Shown: piece after piece, positions 1 to 15,188 of the stretch | Position numbering within the stretch: the first letter of the stretch is position 1 | How the letters are laid out: each line of letters opens with the position of its first letter | NCBI GenBank assembly: GCA_051362555.1 | Contig: CM120645.1 | Coordinates: 19,220,001-19,284,000 of the forward strand | Length of the DNA stretch: 64,000 bases | Reading direction: 5' to 3' | Source of the DNA: Lingula anatina | Lineage: Eukaryota; Animalia; Brachiopoda | Translations under genes and position numbers: made by a program | The notes under the pieces: generated by a model | Told to the model about the DNA's origin: nothing | Database searches by the model: none | The model's input: only the letters and a program-made list of their open reading frames with translations

Positions 1-624
1 GACAGTCTTTCATTTACTTAAACTCGCAGATTATTTATCTATCTTATCTAGACATCTGCTGAATTCCATTCATTGATTTCTACTGATAAATTAATCAGTT
101 TGGTTCCCTTGTTGTAGCAATGGTACCACACTTCAAGATAACTAGTCGCCAATGTCTGGTACAAATATCATCAATATCACCTAGATTCACTTGTCACCTC
201 TAATTACACACAATGGAAGGACATACAGGGGTCAGTCAACTTAGTATCATCGAATTTTAGGGTAGAATAAAAAAAAAGGTTGCTGAAGGCATTCTCTAGT
301 TAGCCAATTGGTAACAGTTTTACAAACCGATAGATGCTATCAACTTATCTTCTAAATAAGTAATAATTAATTAAAATATTTCTTAAATACTTTAACAAGC
401 CAAATTGAATTCTTTCTAACCACTTGGAGAATTATTAATGTGTAGCAAAGAACCTACACCCATTGGATAATAGAATATATTACATATTAGATATTGATTT
501 TTTTAAAAATATTTTTTGTTCAAACAGGAATTACAGATCACCTTTTCAATAAAAACTGACTGAATACTCAAATTTGAAAATAATTCTTTTAAATTATTTA
601 GTTTCTGAGAAAAATAACAGAAAT

Positions 625-789
625 TACAGGTGCAGTTTAGAGCTCTATAGTGGCTGATTGAGCCACTAAATCCATTTATCCCTTGACATTTCGGCTTTAT
701 TTGCGTTGTATAAGAAACTAGAAGAAGTGATTTCTATGCATTACTGGGAATCCACACTGCACCAATGTTCAGTACAAGTGTACCTTTAA
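625..789 (+). mobile_element. Dispersed repeat copy 1, TTAA-flanked DNA-transposon-like terminus (...TACCT|TTAA)
   Basis: Aligns by eye with 11865-12029 and 44920-45084. Shared blocks: gcagtttaRag, tcccttgRcat, tttatttg, aactagWaga, ttactgggaatccacRct, tacctttaa. Confidence 0.6.
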
Positions 790-3700
790 GCTTAATTTTG
801 TACAGCCAAAACTACGACATTAAAGACACCAAAGAATGATTTGCAGTAACAGATATTTCATCTAATGACTTGCCAAATATAATAGTAGATCATTTCAAGC
901 TAATAAATTACCAAATGTTCAATGAAATATAAAGTTTAAGAAAAAACATCTTCACACAGGCATGATAATGTAACATTTCTTTTAAAAATTTTCTGATGTC
1001 CTGAAAAGATATTGATGGTAATCTATTCAGCTTATTGTCAAGGTGCATATTAACAGTAGGCCTGTCTTGGAACTAAACCAACTGGTGTGCCCCCTATAAA
1101 CACATTCATAAACTATTTGAACTCCAAGCTGGAATACAAAAAAATAGCCACATAAAGCCATGTGGTGGTCAGAAAATTCATAGAAAAAAAGCCAATTCAT
1201 CTGAGTTATGACATTGATATTTACCTGATAACCCCTCCCCGTAAAAAAAAGGAAAATAAATAAATAAAGAAGGATACATAAACATACAGCACAAATCCTA
1301 TCTGAAGTTTACTAATACATAGGCATTATTAAGTTAGATGGCATTTTAGTCAAGTTTGCAGTGCTGTGAGGGAAACCATTTTCAAATGTTCATACCTTGC
1401 ATGTGACCACAAAGCTGTTTTGCCCTTCAAAATTTTATTTCTTTAATTGCTAATTAACCACTTTATCACAAACCCCCTGGCAGGCATGAAACATATTCCA
1501 CCTTCAGTAGATGGCCATTAGCATTATATTCGACATAGCATGCAAAACTAAATTACATAAAAGCATTTCCAGCATACTTCAATTATCACTAGCGAACTTC
1601 TCTAAGTGAGACATCAAAAACAAATCACATCTAAATAAAAGCAATGAAGACACTGTCTACTGAGGACAAAGGACCTCTGTTTTCACCATGCGGGGACAGG
1701 ACTCTAATTCAAGCAACAGTTGGCTGGTAGAGACCAATTAAAACCATAATGTGGTCTTATGGGGAACACGGCAATTTTTCCACCTGGATGCCCATCAGTT
1801 CGGTGAACCCCGTCTCGAAGCCGGGACTACTTTTTGATGGAATGTGAGATGACAGACACTGCAGACTTTCCGTGTCATCACAGTTTCCTTGTTCCTCCAC
1901 AGACACTTTTGCATACCACAGCACTAAGCTCTCCCCCTCCTCCCCCCCCCCTCCTGGAATTTTTTTCCCTGTTAAGACACAGGCTCGACCCCACTTAACC
2001 AAGTGGCCATGTTCCGCCCCCCTTTCCTCACCAATAGCGTGACAGACTTGTCTACGAAGACCTGCCCATTATCAGTTTATGTGCAAGGAAACTTTGATGT
2101 TGCTCCAGACATATTTTTTTTCTCCTTTCGTATCTCTCATATCGCAGATGCACTGAAATTTGCAGTGAGTACAATTGATCTTCTGATAACACGTGGGGGA
2201 AAATTTCAAAAACACATGTCATTCAGCAATTGGCAATCTTTTGAAGTCTTAATACAAAATTCATTTTGCGTGCTGAAGATATATCATATAATGCAATCAA
2301 TAAAAGAATAAAGTTTGCACCCACGACCTAAAACTGTTAAGAAATAGATTCATTTTCTTTTTGATAGTGCTCTTGTCTACTGTCTGAATCTTGGCAAGAA
2401 ATAATTTAAATTCTCAATATGCAATCCCAAACCTAAATATACCACCAAACTCACATACATTTCAACTTAGAGAGAGACAATTGCTATTTAAAAATGAATT
2501 TTGCAGAATAATCATAATTTCCTTCCCATTATATTTATATTTACATCAGTTAAGGAGATAAAATTAATGCACTAAATATACCTTTGATTGTATGAATGTT
2601 CTTTAAATATAAACCTTGATACACAACACCATCAATGTGAAGTTTAAATTCCATTCAAAATTTTTCCATTAGATTTTGAGCTTGGGTGTAGGGAGGAGGG
2701 ACAGGGTCAAGGAATCCATATTTATAATATGGGAATACTCCTTATTTGAAATTTCAAGTAACAGTCTTACAAAAGGGGGCTCATTTTTATGACCCCTCCC
2801 CCTCTCCAAAAAAAAAATAGCAATACTTATATCAATAAAAATAACAAAAACAACATCTACAATAATAATAAATAATTTGATCTATCTAACACCTCAGATC
2901 CAACATAATTTTTGGAACATCTTTTTCAAGTTTTCCAATTCATACATACATCTCTTCTTCACAGTATGAGAAAACAAAAATAAACATGTTTACTTTTAGA
3001 TATATATTCCCACAAAAAGAAACAAACACACACTTTTGTGTATGCACCAATTATATTTTGGGGAATATTTCTACCAAAAATACATAAAAAAATATTATAT
3101 TGCACATATCTACTGTTGACACAAACAGCACTTATTGCACTAGAAATAGTTTACATTCCTTTTTTGATAAAACAAACAGGGAACATGAAGTAATTGAATG
3201 GTAACCTTCACTAAATTACAGACTGGCTTAATACCCTACAATTTACTATCTAATACATAGACTTTGGAATGTAAATCATTTCCCAGTTGAGCGCTGTAAT
3301 GACATCTCAGATGTATCAAGACTTTTCATTGGGTAGAATTTCTTCAACTTCTAGCCAATCACAGGTTTGTGTTGGTTCAGTGAGTTTTAACTCGAGTGAA
3401 AAGGACTGAATTGTCTTTGGTGATAAATGTTTATGTAAATGTTGACAGTCAACAATTAAGAGGGTAACTTCCTGACACTGAATGCAAATTGACCGGGTCA
3501 AATTTTTGTTGATTTTTTTTTCTTTAGTTGTTTGCTTTATTTTAATTAGTATAATCATTTCCACACTCTGAACTAAATAAACTGGTAAGTTGACATTCAC
3601 ATGGTAGGATGACTCTCTCATCCTTAAGTTAAAATTTTCCCTTTTTCATTTATAGGGTTAAAGGAAACATTGTTTGGGATTTATCAGAATTGGAGGATTG

Positions 3701-6700
3701 TCTGAGATAGGACAGTAGAAAACAGGGTTGCATATATACAAAAATGTGATAACTCTTGTAAAAAATTAACCATTCTTGTTCACATTTGATCTCAACCTGC
3801 ATTTTAACCAAGTAAAACAAAAGTACTATTTGACAGCTAAAAGTAGAACAAATGTCTCAAACAGTTACAGCAACAGCTACAGTGCCAGCAAACACATAAA
3901 CGGACTTTGCACAAGTTAATTAAATCAAAATGAAATTATCTTCGACACTGTTGCAAATTTTCTTCTCGTAAACTTTGTTATCACTTAATAGGTATTATCT
4001 CTTTTCCTCTTCTTTCTTTCTGTACTTAACTTGTGCTCCTGATATATATATGAAGTTTTACATTTACTCTGTTGTATATATGTATATACCTATCCATTTG
4101 TTTTATTTATTTATTTACTTATTTAATTTAATTTTGTGGAGAGCATATAATGCTTCCAGCGCCTTGCCTCCACTTCATTCTTTTGAATAAACGTTGTTTA
4201 AAAAAAAAATTAAATCAAAGCATACAAACATTTGAGACAAAAATAATTAGAAAACTATATCTAGAATCTTAACTTTAGCTGCCAAAAAAGTGTTGATTAT
4301 TTATTTAATTCATTTTATGCCAATGGAATATCTGTATCTAAAATATCTTGTGTTGCATGCACTGTGTAGGGGTAAATGCATAACTTATCCTGCTTTATCA
4401 AGTCAGATTTCCAACGAGTGCATCAAGAGACTGTGTTTGGGTAGAAAAGATGGTGCTTAAATTATGATCCAATATTTATTAGCACCATGTTTGGTGAAGA
4501 AAAAAATAATTGTGTATGCAGTTTCTCAAGTGGGGCACCTTACGAGTGGGTATGATTTATCATATCTATAAACAACAGCTCCATGAAAGGAGCCACTTTT
4601 AAAATGATAAGCAATGATAACTGTAAGTGCAAAATACTTCATATTACAAAAAGCACACACAAACAGTGGAGTTCTAGCTGTCAGGCATGTGAAGATATGT
4701 GTATATAATAAAATAACCTTGAAGAACATTGACGCAGGTATCAATCCTTTGCCCTTGGTTTTAGAAGACAGTTACAAGTTATTCACAATTAATGATTGTT
4801 TTTTTTAACTTAGCACATGCTGAATTACAAATGTACTCATTTTATGTAAATAAAAAACCCTGAATACCACCAGCTTCTGTGTCAGTGCTTGCATGCTACC
4901 ACAGTGAAATAAAGAGGGAGATGAGAATCTGCATTTATGGACCAAATGAGAGCATAATTTTCAGAAATTACCCAGAAAACATATCACAGTGACAATATTG
5001 TGAAACAATAACAGCAGAAATAAACTGATCTATAGCACCACCAAGTGCTTTTGTAATCCAGAAGTATAAACATATACGCACTTGTTAGCTTTTTCTAATT
5101 AACATAACATCAGACTTTCTTTACCATAAAACAATACATTGCAGTGACTCATAACCGAAAAGATTTTAACTTTACATTTCATGCCACAAAAAGTAAAAAA
5201 AACTATTGCCATGGTGATTAATTATGGTAAACAGACTGAATGTAATAAACAAACTGAATGGCTGTCTGCACGTTTGGCTGAAGCGTGGTAAAACATCATT
5301 TATGCGTTAAGGCAGTTCATGATATATTGAAACATCTGTAGTGATTTTTCAAAAGACAACTGGGTTTTGTGAGTTGGAGGTTTCTTCCCTTCATCTGAAG
5401 AGAAAAGAGCATTCTTCTGGCTCAAATACAATGCTTTTCTCTGATGACAAAAATGGAATAACAATTCCACAAACTGAAATTCATAAGATATTGAAGTAAC
5501 ATTTAGCAATCTTTAAAAACACATCAAGAAGATTAAGTTAAATATGTCTCCATTTGAAAATAACAACTCACACTTCTATTTGGGTTATTATTCATGTCAC
5601 ATTTAGAATGGAAAACAGTTATTTCAACAGCCTCAGGTGTTAAATGCAAGTATAAATAAAAATAAGTTAACAGTGTCAGTACCTATAAATCCCTGGTTAC
5701 CAGTTATATAGCCTGCTGATTCAAACCTTCATGGTACCATACATCATACACATGTACCAGAATACATGCCAGACTTAGAAACCCCCCCCCCAACCCCTTA
5801 AAGAGCTGCTCACAATGACCACTATACATTAAGACTGAAACATAGCTTTAATACAGAAGTTGGATTGTTGTAATTTTATTTAATATTTAAATAAATGCTC
5901 CTAACCCATGTCTGGTTTATTGTTTTAATACAGGTCTTCAAGTCATTTAGATGATTCAGATTCTTCCATCCCAGTGTTTTTTTTTTTTTACTCAAACACT
6001 GTCACAGTGGTGCATGCAGGTTACCTCATTTGTCAACCGTTTAAGAAAAATGATGAAATTTTTTTAAAAATCCAAACAATGTACAAAGGCTCAGTGAGAC
6101 CACATATATGCCAGGTAGTCCCAGGAAGGAAATAACACGAAAACTTGAGGTAAAAGTTTCACCCCATTAAATTCTCGTACATCTAAAAGACGGAAAAGAG
6201 AATGAGACACGCTTGATAAATGCCACAAGAAAAACAGAGAGAAAACTACAAGCAAAAATGCTAAAAAGGGTCCATTATGTCTGTGGTGTATGGTTAAACA
6301 TCAACCACACAGAAGGAAACTCAAATTATGTTTCTAATTTTGGAAGTAGACGGACAGCCATGGCGCTGTAGTGCCTGGAATAATGACATGTTTGTGGTCC
6401 ACTTAAAATTTGCATATTTGGCATAAAAACAAAACAAAACAAAAGCACATGTTAATGCAACACTACCATTTTTGTCCTGAGAGTATCATAATAAACAAAG
6501 GATCACCCCCCCCCGTCCCATTTTTAAGTAATATTTTAAGTAAGCCACTAGTACACACACATCCCCCATTTTCCAAAATCACAGTGGATTCTGTTACTTT
6601 CCCTTCTCAAAAAGTATGAAAATTAAGCCACACACTACAAAGCCCACAAGAACCATGGTTCATACATCTTCCCCCATTAAATGCATACATTAAACGGTGC

Positions 6701-9330
6701 CCTGATACTCAGTTTTGTGCCCCCTTCCTCCTCTCCCACCTCTCCCCCTCCAAAAATTACTTTGCATTGGTTAAAAAGAAAGGGGGGCAAAATATCCTGG
6801 TCATACACAACTGATACAAAAAGGTCTTTAAACACAAACTTGTTCCCCAAACAAATATCACCACTGTAACTTATTTACTTTCACAAGCAGGAGGCAAGAG
6901 GACATATATTCTAACTAAAATCATTGTGTGATTATCTCAGAGCCTTTGCAGACAAACTCCTCACTGTGAAGTGAAATTCAACAAATTATCATGACAATGA
7001 CAATCTTCTTAATCATTTCTTGCAGTACAGTTGTACATGGCCTTTTTTTAATGAGGCAATTGAACTCTTGACTTAATTTGATATATCAGAAGCATGTCAC
7101 TATCAGCTGAAATATCTCAGATCCAAAAATCTCAAATCCCTTCTTTGTCAATTTCTCAAATTTAATGATCAATTCACTTGTCACTGCCCATTCCTTGACT
7201 GACTATTGTTTTGGAACTATATTTAGGTGGCGGCCTGTCTCTATGCATTCCAAGTGTTAAGGCAAAAAAAAAAAAAAAAGAAAAAAAATCTACATAAATA
7301 CAGGCCAAGAATGACCAAAATGCACATCCTTTGTATTTCAGGAGCTCTGCAGCAGCAAATGAAATATATTATTATTTTTATTATTTTTTTCTCATAAAAA
7401 GGTTGTATAATGATGTTTGTTGCTGACAAACAAAAATGACAACTATACTTTGCTTTCAAACAGAGGTCACGCAAGGCATAATGCTTGAATATTTAATGTA
7501 CATGTGTTACAAATGCTTTGATGACTATTATTTTTCTTGGTCTTCAAATTCTGATGTTAATATAGTCTCTATAGTCTCTGCTCTAGGTTGTGCAGTCAAC
7601 AGCCAATGCCCCCAAAGAAGATGGCCTGGCAGCCAAAAAAAATTTTTGATGCCTAAATATTGTTTCTTCTTTTCAAAATTCCCATATCACTGTGGACTGA
7701 AGTAATAAAAGTACCTGTAACCTCTGTCAATAATTAAGTGGTATAAGAGACAGCCAAATTGCAGGTAATGAGGCTGTTCTTCGCTTCTACACAAGCCCAT
7801 ATGTCTTGTTGTCTGAGCTCTCAGGCAACAATCCACACACAACATTTTTCATAGTTTGCTACCTCTCTCAGGGCACCATTAGACAATATTATCACACAAG
7901 AAACGAGACACGGCGTCCTCTAAAGATGAGACAGCGATAATTCCTCAAGACAATGATGCATTAAATGAAATAAAAGCTCACGTCTGAATGCTGTTTCATA
8001 TATTTGTTCTGGACATTCCTTGTGTCATTTAAATTTCATATCACTATTTATCAAATTATTTAATATGCAGTTAGCAGGGATCTTTATCATACCGATTTCA
8101 GGACACACGTAAATACGCATAATAGTACAACCATCAGTCCACAGCATCATGCCTATAGTGAACAATGGGAACATCAAAAGTTTTTTTTTCCACAAAGTCA
8201 CCACAAGTGCCAATTGAATGAGCAATTTGTCCTTGGCTGATGTTGTTTTCTATAACCTTGAATTTCTGCAATATCATAAATTACCCATAACAATCTCCTA
8301 ATAAGTTTTTTTTCTGTCACTGTCTGGCTCTATTATCCTTTGTACTTATCATGTCAAATGATAGACCATAACATTTATTTATTGAAGAGGAATTTTTTTT
8401 TTTTTTTTTTTTTTGCATTCTTAAGTTAAAAGCATCAACTACCTACAAGTCGAGCTGACACAGAATTATCAGTTACTTCCTCGGAGTTAAGCTATGCCTT
8501 CATTGCTAGACCTGTGGACCTGTTAGCTAGATATAGGCTATTAACACCATCAGGTCACTGCCTTAATACAGCCTGCATGCCCAAAGCATATAAACAAAAT
8601 TGAAATTATATTTATGGACCAAAATATTTTTTTAACTTGAAATAGGGGAATTTCTAAATCCACATCAATTTCTGTAACAGTAGCCGTCCTATTTACAAAG
8701 GGGGGGGGGGGGGCAGGCTTTCAAAATGCAATTACAACTTTATGCAATATATTCAGCACATATATATTCAGCATCATCTTGCAGGAAAAAAATACAGCAC
8801 AGACATTAATTTACTACTTAATCAAATGTGATTTTTTTTTATTTGCCATGACCTTGAAACATGCCAGAGCCAAATATCTACTAATAAATCAAAATAATTG
8901 TGATTTTCATTTGCTGTAACCTTGAGACATGATCATAAGGTCACATTTTGTACGTCTGCATGCTTTTTTTTTTTTTTTTTTTAACATCAAGTCAATTATT
9001 AAGTACTCAAAAACTACAAAAATGCATTAAATGATACATCACTGTGAGACCGAATCATCTCAAAATTCCATCTGGACCACATCTTATAAAAGGACTTAAT
9101 TCCATCCCATTTTAAATGTCACTCTGTCTACATCAGTCACATAAGATTAAACTCTGTGCGCTAGTTAAATCACATATTGCACGGAATTAGGCCATCTGAC
9201 TATCACATGAGAAGTTTAGTCCAACAATTGGTCTTACCTATAAAAGACTAAAATTTCAGGTTCCTTTGACTTGAGATCAATCAGTGGTAATCCATCTAAA
9301 TAAAATATTCAGTTTATTTTCTACTAAAGA

Positions 9331-9332
<2 letters not shown>

Positions 9333-9421
<89 letters not shown>
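9333..9421. repeat. (TA)n microsatellite
   Basis: Pure dinucleotide run. Confidence 0.95.
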
Positions 9422-9422
<1 letters not shown>

Positions 9423-9796
9423 TAATACCACTAATTTTTTTACCAATTTATTTATCATCAGGAGGCAACTTCTTGAGAAAAAACGGTTGAATCACAATGG
9501 TGCTATAACCTTTAAAAAATAAAAGATTACTCAATATCCTCAGGAAATATTTGTAATTGTGGAGAAAGGTTGCGTGATAATTCATTCATGTCACAGGATA
9601 TTATTGGAGAGACTAACAAGATCTTAACTAAAATCTATGACAAAGATTAATGTCACAGTGACCGTCTTTACAATATTTATTGCATTGTTATTTGATCTTG
9701 TAACTAATTGATTTCCAAATTACTCAGGATGGAGGAGATATAAACATTTACTTTTTATCATATCATATCACCATAATCATCATCTGTTGTTGTTGT

Positions 9797-9822
9797 AATT
9801 ATTATTATTATTATTATTATTG

Positions 9823-9862
<40 letters not shown>
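9797..9862. repeat. (ATT)n microsatellite, interrupted
   Basis: Trinucleotide run. Confidence 0.9.
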
Positions 9863-11864
9863 CTTAAATTTTCTTTAGTTAGCATGTTCTTTTAAAACAT
9901 TCATTACCACATTCAGTTCATTCAAAGAGTGTCAGATTCTAAGGGGATGGGGGGGGGGGGGGGGGAGAGAGAGAGGGGATTCCTGTGCCATGCATGCCAG
10001 CTTCTTCTTTATGGAAATGCCATATCTGCATGCATGCCCATTGGTCATTGAAGTGGAGCAGCAATTCTGACTAGATTATAACTGGATATTTTGCCTTAAA
10101 TCCATTATTTTTGTAGTGCCTTTGAACTGGACATTGGACATGGTTCATAAACCCTACATGACATTTGTGATTGGAGCAGTAGAATTTTCAAATCAGAAGC
10201 TACTTTAAACATTCAGACATGGCAAAAGGGGGCTTGCGTGGAAATTTGAAGAAAAATAAGGTGGCCAATGTTTGCTCTGACAGGTCAACCGATGCCTTTT
10301 CTTTTAAACAAAACATTTGAAAGGAGAATCCCATTTCCTCTCCATTTTTGGGATCATCATGGCATCCCAAGCATGTGTAACTAAAAGTGAAATCCAAACC
10401 AGCACATTCCCACTACTAAATGCACAGATGTTACAATTGTCACTGTCAGTTTCTGATAAGGCAATATGGAGAAAGGCCTACTGTCAGGTAAATAGAGGCA
10501 AAACAAGACAGTTAGGAGGGGGGGGGGGGAGCTCTGGGAACTGCCAGTTATGTTCTGAGCAATGTTCTTTTACTGGTTGGTCAGTTATCTAAATATTTCA
10601 GATTACCAAAGAACAATTTCTGAAAATAATGTGATATTGTAAATCTGATTCCATTTACTAGCAGTTTATTGACTTGACCTTACAATCACTCAATATTTAA
10701 ACACCAGCACTGTCATCATTAAAGATGTCCCAAAATAAATTGAAGTAAATATATAAGCACCACGTCAAATCTGACATATGCTACTGGTTTGAATTTTGCA
10801 TTTGCATCAGGTTTACAGGCAAACATTAAAATTAATTAAAACCACCATCAGTGACAATCACTGGTACAGAAAAGTGACAGCTATGATATCAGTCCTCAAA
10901 GAAAAGGCTACTACATCAGCACACTTTGTTGCTCACATATTCCTATATACATGTTCTTTTGAGTCAAACATCACAAGTAATGTTGCCACCAGCTACTCTG
11001 AGCAGAAAACACAGTTAACTTGACTATATTTTCCTAAAGTGTTTATTGTATGAAGATGCCATGTTAAGTGGCATTTTAAAACCTCACTACTAAAAAAAAC
11101 CCACACACACTCAATGTCTGAATTCAATTAGAGATGTCACTTTCAGATTTATACTAATTAATATTGTTAATATAGTGAACTCCATCATGGCAGGTATTAA
11201 GCCAAATTGCCTCTCAGTAATCAAAATGTCTTAATAATGACAAATATTAAAAATTAAACCACCACGATCATTGATACAAGACACTGACAGCCATGATGTG
11301 TCCTCATACATAAGGGCATTGCATGTACTCTTAGCTGCTCAAAAATTTCTGTGTTCATGTTAATTTTTTTGGCAATTTAATTGAAAAAGTTATCCAAATT
11401 TACTTTTTGGTAAATTTTAAAGTGAATACTAAATACTGTTAAGTAAATATTAAAAGATCATTAAAGCAAAAGGATTACATTTTTTCACCTCTTTATCAAT
11501 AGTATTGTAAGATACTTTGAAGCGCGTACTGACACACACCTTGAAAAAGGGTAGTGTGGTCCAATTTACCAGCGAATTCAGGATCGTTCGGTGCCGAGTC
11601 TGGTAGTTGGGTAGGCCTGACACTGGATGAAGATGTCATCTTGACTAGCAATTTAAAGATGCATTTGAAGTCTTTTTTTTTGCCAGAAAAGCCTACCAAA
11701 TGCCACCGTATAGCTGAAGTTAGTGTAACTTAGAGAAACACTGTAAGACATGGTTTCCTATTACCGAAAAATGATATTTGACTGGATATTTTCTCTTTGC
11801 TCTCTGTGCTGTATGTAAATGGGGCAGATAAATATGTCAGATAAGTATTACGACCAAAAATTGA

Positions 11865-12029
11865 AAATAGTGCAGTTTAAAGTTCTTCATGCCTGATCAA
11901 GTGATTAATTCTGTTCATTCCTTGGCATGTTGACTTTATTTGAAAAGGAAACTAGTAGATGTGGTTTATATGCATTATAATTACTGGGAATCCACGCTCC
12001 ACCAACGCTCACTTCAAATATACCTTTAA
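11865..12029 (+). mobile_element. Dispersed repeat copy 2 (TTAA-ended)
   Basis: ttactgggaatccacgctccaccaacgctc...tacctttaa; homologous to 625-789. Confidence 0.6.
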
Positions 12030-14449
12030 TAACTCACTACTTAAAAAACTCATGCACATACACACTGTCACTTCGATACAAGATTTCATTATGGGTTTCA
12101 ATTAATAAATCTCATTTATATAGTGTATTCCATCATGCCAGGTATGGAGCCAAACTGCCTGTTAGTAATCAAAATAGCCTAATTAATTATGATAAATTTG
12201 GGATCAGCTTTCAATCTACACACATCCCTGTCTAAACACATCTTCAGACTTATCTTCCTCAGACAGCCCATAAATAGCGCAACGTGTTCTTTAACATCAG
12301 ATCTCTAAAATACAAACTTAATGCATCCTCCTTGAAGATACCATCAAAAACAGCCGGAACTGGGAGGAGGGAGAGGTACATGGAATGCCTCTGGTACAAA
12401 TCCTCTCATTTTTATAAAGTGTTAATAGGCAGGAGACATGGAGGCCAATGAAGAGACAATGTTGTGTCGATATACATGGAGGTTAAACTTGGTTAAATTC
12501 CCACACTTTAAAAGAGAGATAGTGTTGACCTTTTAATAAGCAAAAATAGGCTAGGCCCAGGGGGGTTAGGGGGATGGGGGGGGGGATGAAGAGGACAAAG
12601 AAAATGAAATGCTGATTTATTAATAAACAGAGCAGCATATAAGTATATTCTTTTTATTAATAAATTACCAGTATGAACTGTGAACACAAGTTTACACAAG
12701 GGCCATTCATAAAAATTACATAACAGTAACTTTAAAAAATAATTTTTGCAATAATAAAATGACTCTGAGACTGAATAACAAAAACAACTCAAAGAAGAGC
12801 CCATTGTATTAGTGGCGGAAGATTTGCAAAAACAAATTATGCAACACATCTAAGGCATGCAAATCACAAGGTTACCCAAATGTCAGTGTGGAAATCTCCC
12901 CCATTTCCCTATCGTATGATCATATTTGGTCTTGCTTACCTGAGTAATTTCTTGAACTTCGCACATTAATGAGGATCCTAGGTTTTCTGATATTCTCCTT
13001 TTACCAAATTCTCGCCCAATGTCTCCCTAAGGTATGACCTAGTAAAGAAAGTTTTGCAAAATATTTCAAAATGACAAAGTATTCAATTGTAGACAATGCA
13101 AAAGGATGGGTGTGTGTGTGTGGGGGGGGGGGGGAGGAAGGGATGTGAAAACAATTACGATGACAATTACATTGAAGTCGAAAATTAATTTAGAGAAGGA
13201 CCTATAATTTTCATTTAACTCTACATATATATCACTGACTTCAAAATATTGTCTATTCATGTTCTAAGGCTTCAGTATGATGTGAATTTGAGCATGAATT
13301 TCAACACCACAAACAAGCTCATATTTTAAATGAATCCAAATTACCTTTATTATTAACTATTCAAAGAAAAATAGAGGATAAAAATCTAAACCCCTAAGGC
13401 ACAACTAATGAAATATCTAGTTAAAGGATTTTTACCACCAAAAAGTTAAGTTTTACTTTTTCAAGATACTACCACTTGTACATAAGGAAAGGGCATTCTT
13501 ACTTTTACTAGTATTTATATTATCAAAATAGTTTTGAGATCAATAAGCATTGTATCACTGACTTCATGCTTATAAATATCACCCTTCATATCCCTGATGT
13601 GACTTTATTGCACCATACTTGGAACTCCATTTAATTGTAAAAGAACTTCTAAGGAAATTCAAGTTCAAACATACAGGAATGGTCAGGCCATTTGGTTAAA
13701 ATGTAAAAAAAAATACGGTGTAGAGACCAGAAGGCCACCTAAGCCAATGATATTTTTGCCGCCCGAGATCAAAGTTCAAAACTTTCATCCCTGCACACAT
13801 AGGTTCTTATTGATAAATGCTGAGGGATGAATTTGGCTTAGACAAAAAAATGGATTTTTTTCCATAATACACTAGATTAAAAAAATGTTACATGCACTGT
13901 TTGGAAAGCTGAAGTTGACAGGGACACCAAGGAAAAACTACCAAAAAACACAAGTTTCAGTTTGTTTTGGTGGAGCATTCTTTGCCAAGAATTTGCCAAA
14001 ATTGCCTTTGAAACAAAATACACACAAGTCTTTATAAATTTAAACCAGCACAAACCCAGTACACCTGACCACTGAGGCTAAGACGACTCACGAAGAAAAA
14101 GGACGCCACCTGGAGATTTTTGCTGTCAATGTAATCACTCCCATTTGGGCCAATTCTGTCTTCCTACAAGCAACAAAATTTTTTCGATTATAAATTAACT
14201 CTGAATATGATTCTGTAGCTGAACAATTTATTAGCAGTAACATATATTTATAAAAAAAAAGCTATTTTCATATATGGTTAAAGAAATTTAAAAAAATACA
14301 GTTTGTAGATTAATTTTTTTATCATTATCAATAACAATCAGTAGCAATAATTAATATTATTTTATGAAAAAAACACATTTACATGAAACAAATTCCAAAT
14401 AAATAATGTATCCAAGTAATGCAACAAATTACAGACAAAAATGGATTAT

Positions 14450-14452
<3 letters not shown>

Positions 14453-14518
<66 letters not shown>
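14453..14518. repeat. (TA)n microsatellite
   Basis: Pure dinucleotide run. Confidence 0.95.
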
Positions 14519-14521
<3 letters not shown>

Positions 14522-15188
14522 CCTGGCACCACCAATGGTGGCACCACCTTCCAGTCTACAGCATTTAAGAGACATCCACCCATCCACTGATTTGTAAAAA
14601 AGATGGCAGCACCTTACAGTCACATCTTGCTCACCCAAAATAGTATTCCGGTTTGTGGAGATAACTGAAACTAAAAAGAGTTAAATACAAGTTAAAGAAG
14701 ACTATAAATAGTGCCTTAAAGTATTCTTACTTAATGACTTTAAAAATTGCCAAATTAAGTCAAGAGATTATCAACAAAAGCAAAGCAATGACCCTTAAAG
14801 AAATTTTGATTTTTACTTCTATCAGCTGTTAAAATTTTAAGTTACAAATTTTCCATTCTCCATTCTCTGCTCATGACCTTTATTCTATGACTCAAAAGCA
14901 TTTACATATTTTAAAAACATATAAATTTTTTTAATATATTTTCATGAAATTTCTGCATACATTGGTTTCTGATATTTTGTTTTAAATGCTGAAACAAATA
15001 TCAGATATGCTAACCCCCCCCCCCCCAAAAAAAAAAATCAGATATGTATAATTGTATTACTGTCATTATACAATGCTATTAATTCTTTTTTAGATTTTAA
15101 AAGAAGTGTTCAATTATACCAGTACAGTTATATTGAAGCATACCTGACTGACACCCATCCTTAGTTGTTATACCTTATTGGCACCAAC

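Larger units (their letters stand above)
4544..13038 (-). other. Candidate 5' exons of an unidentified - strand gene that continues left of the window
   Basis: Exon-like segments on the - strand: 13038-12940 (tttctttactag|...CAG|gtaagc; mostly UTR, ends MCEVQEITQ), 11639-11540 (MTSSSSVRPTQLPDSAPNDPEFAGKLDHTTLFQ, AAG|gtgtgt), 9295-9238 (ttttatttag|DGLPLIDLKSKEPEILVFY|gtaaga), 4565-4544 (tttatag|RYDKSYPL|gtaagg). The last three are phase-compatible (1, 2, 0). No recognisable domain. Confidence 0.35.

Noticed and set aside
3316-3621. 101-aa minus-strand ORF and nearby possible mini-exons (about 3600-3622, 1396-1424, 7862-7918, 8442-8520)
   Set aside because: No recognisable homology, with weak or phase-inconsistent splice sites; not supportable without transcripts.
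4544-13038. Assigning the left-hand minus-strand gene to a human neighbour of CCDC162P (e.g. SESN1) or to Rap1GAP
   Set aside because: The candidate peptides do not match the recalled sequences of those proteins.
13680-14170. Slightly CpG-richer block that might be a transposon remnant
   Set aside because: No TIR, TSD, second copy or coding similarity was found by eye.
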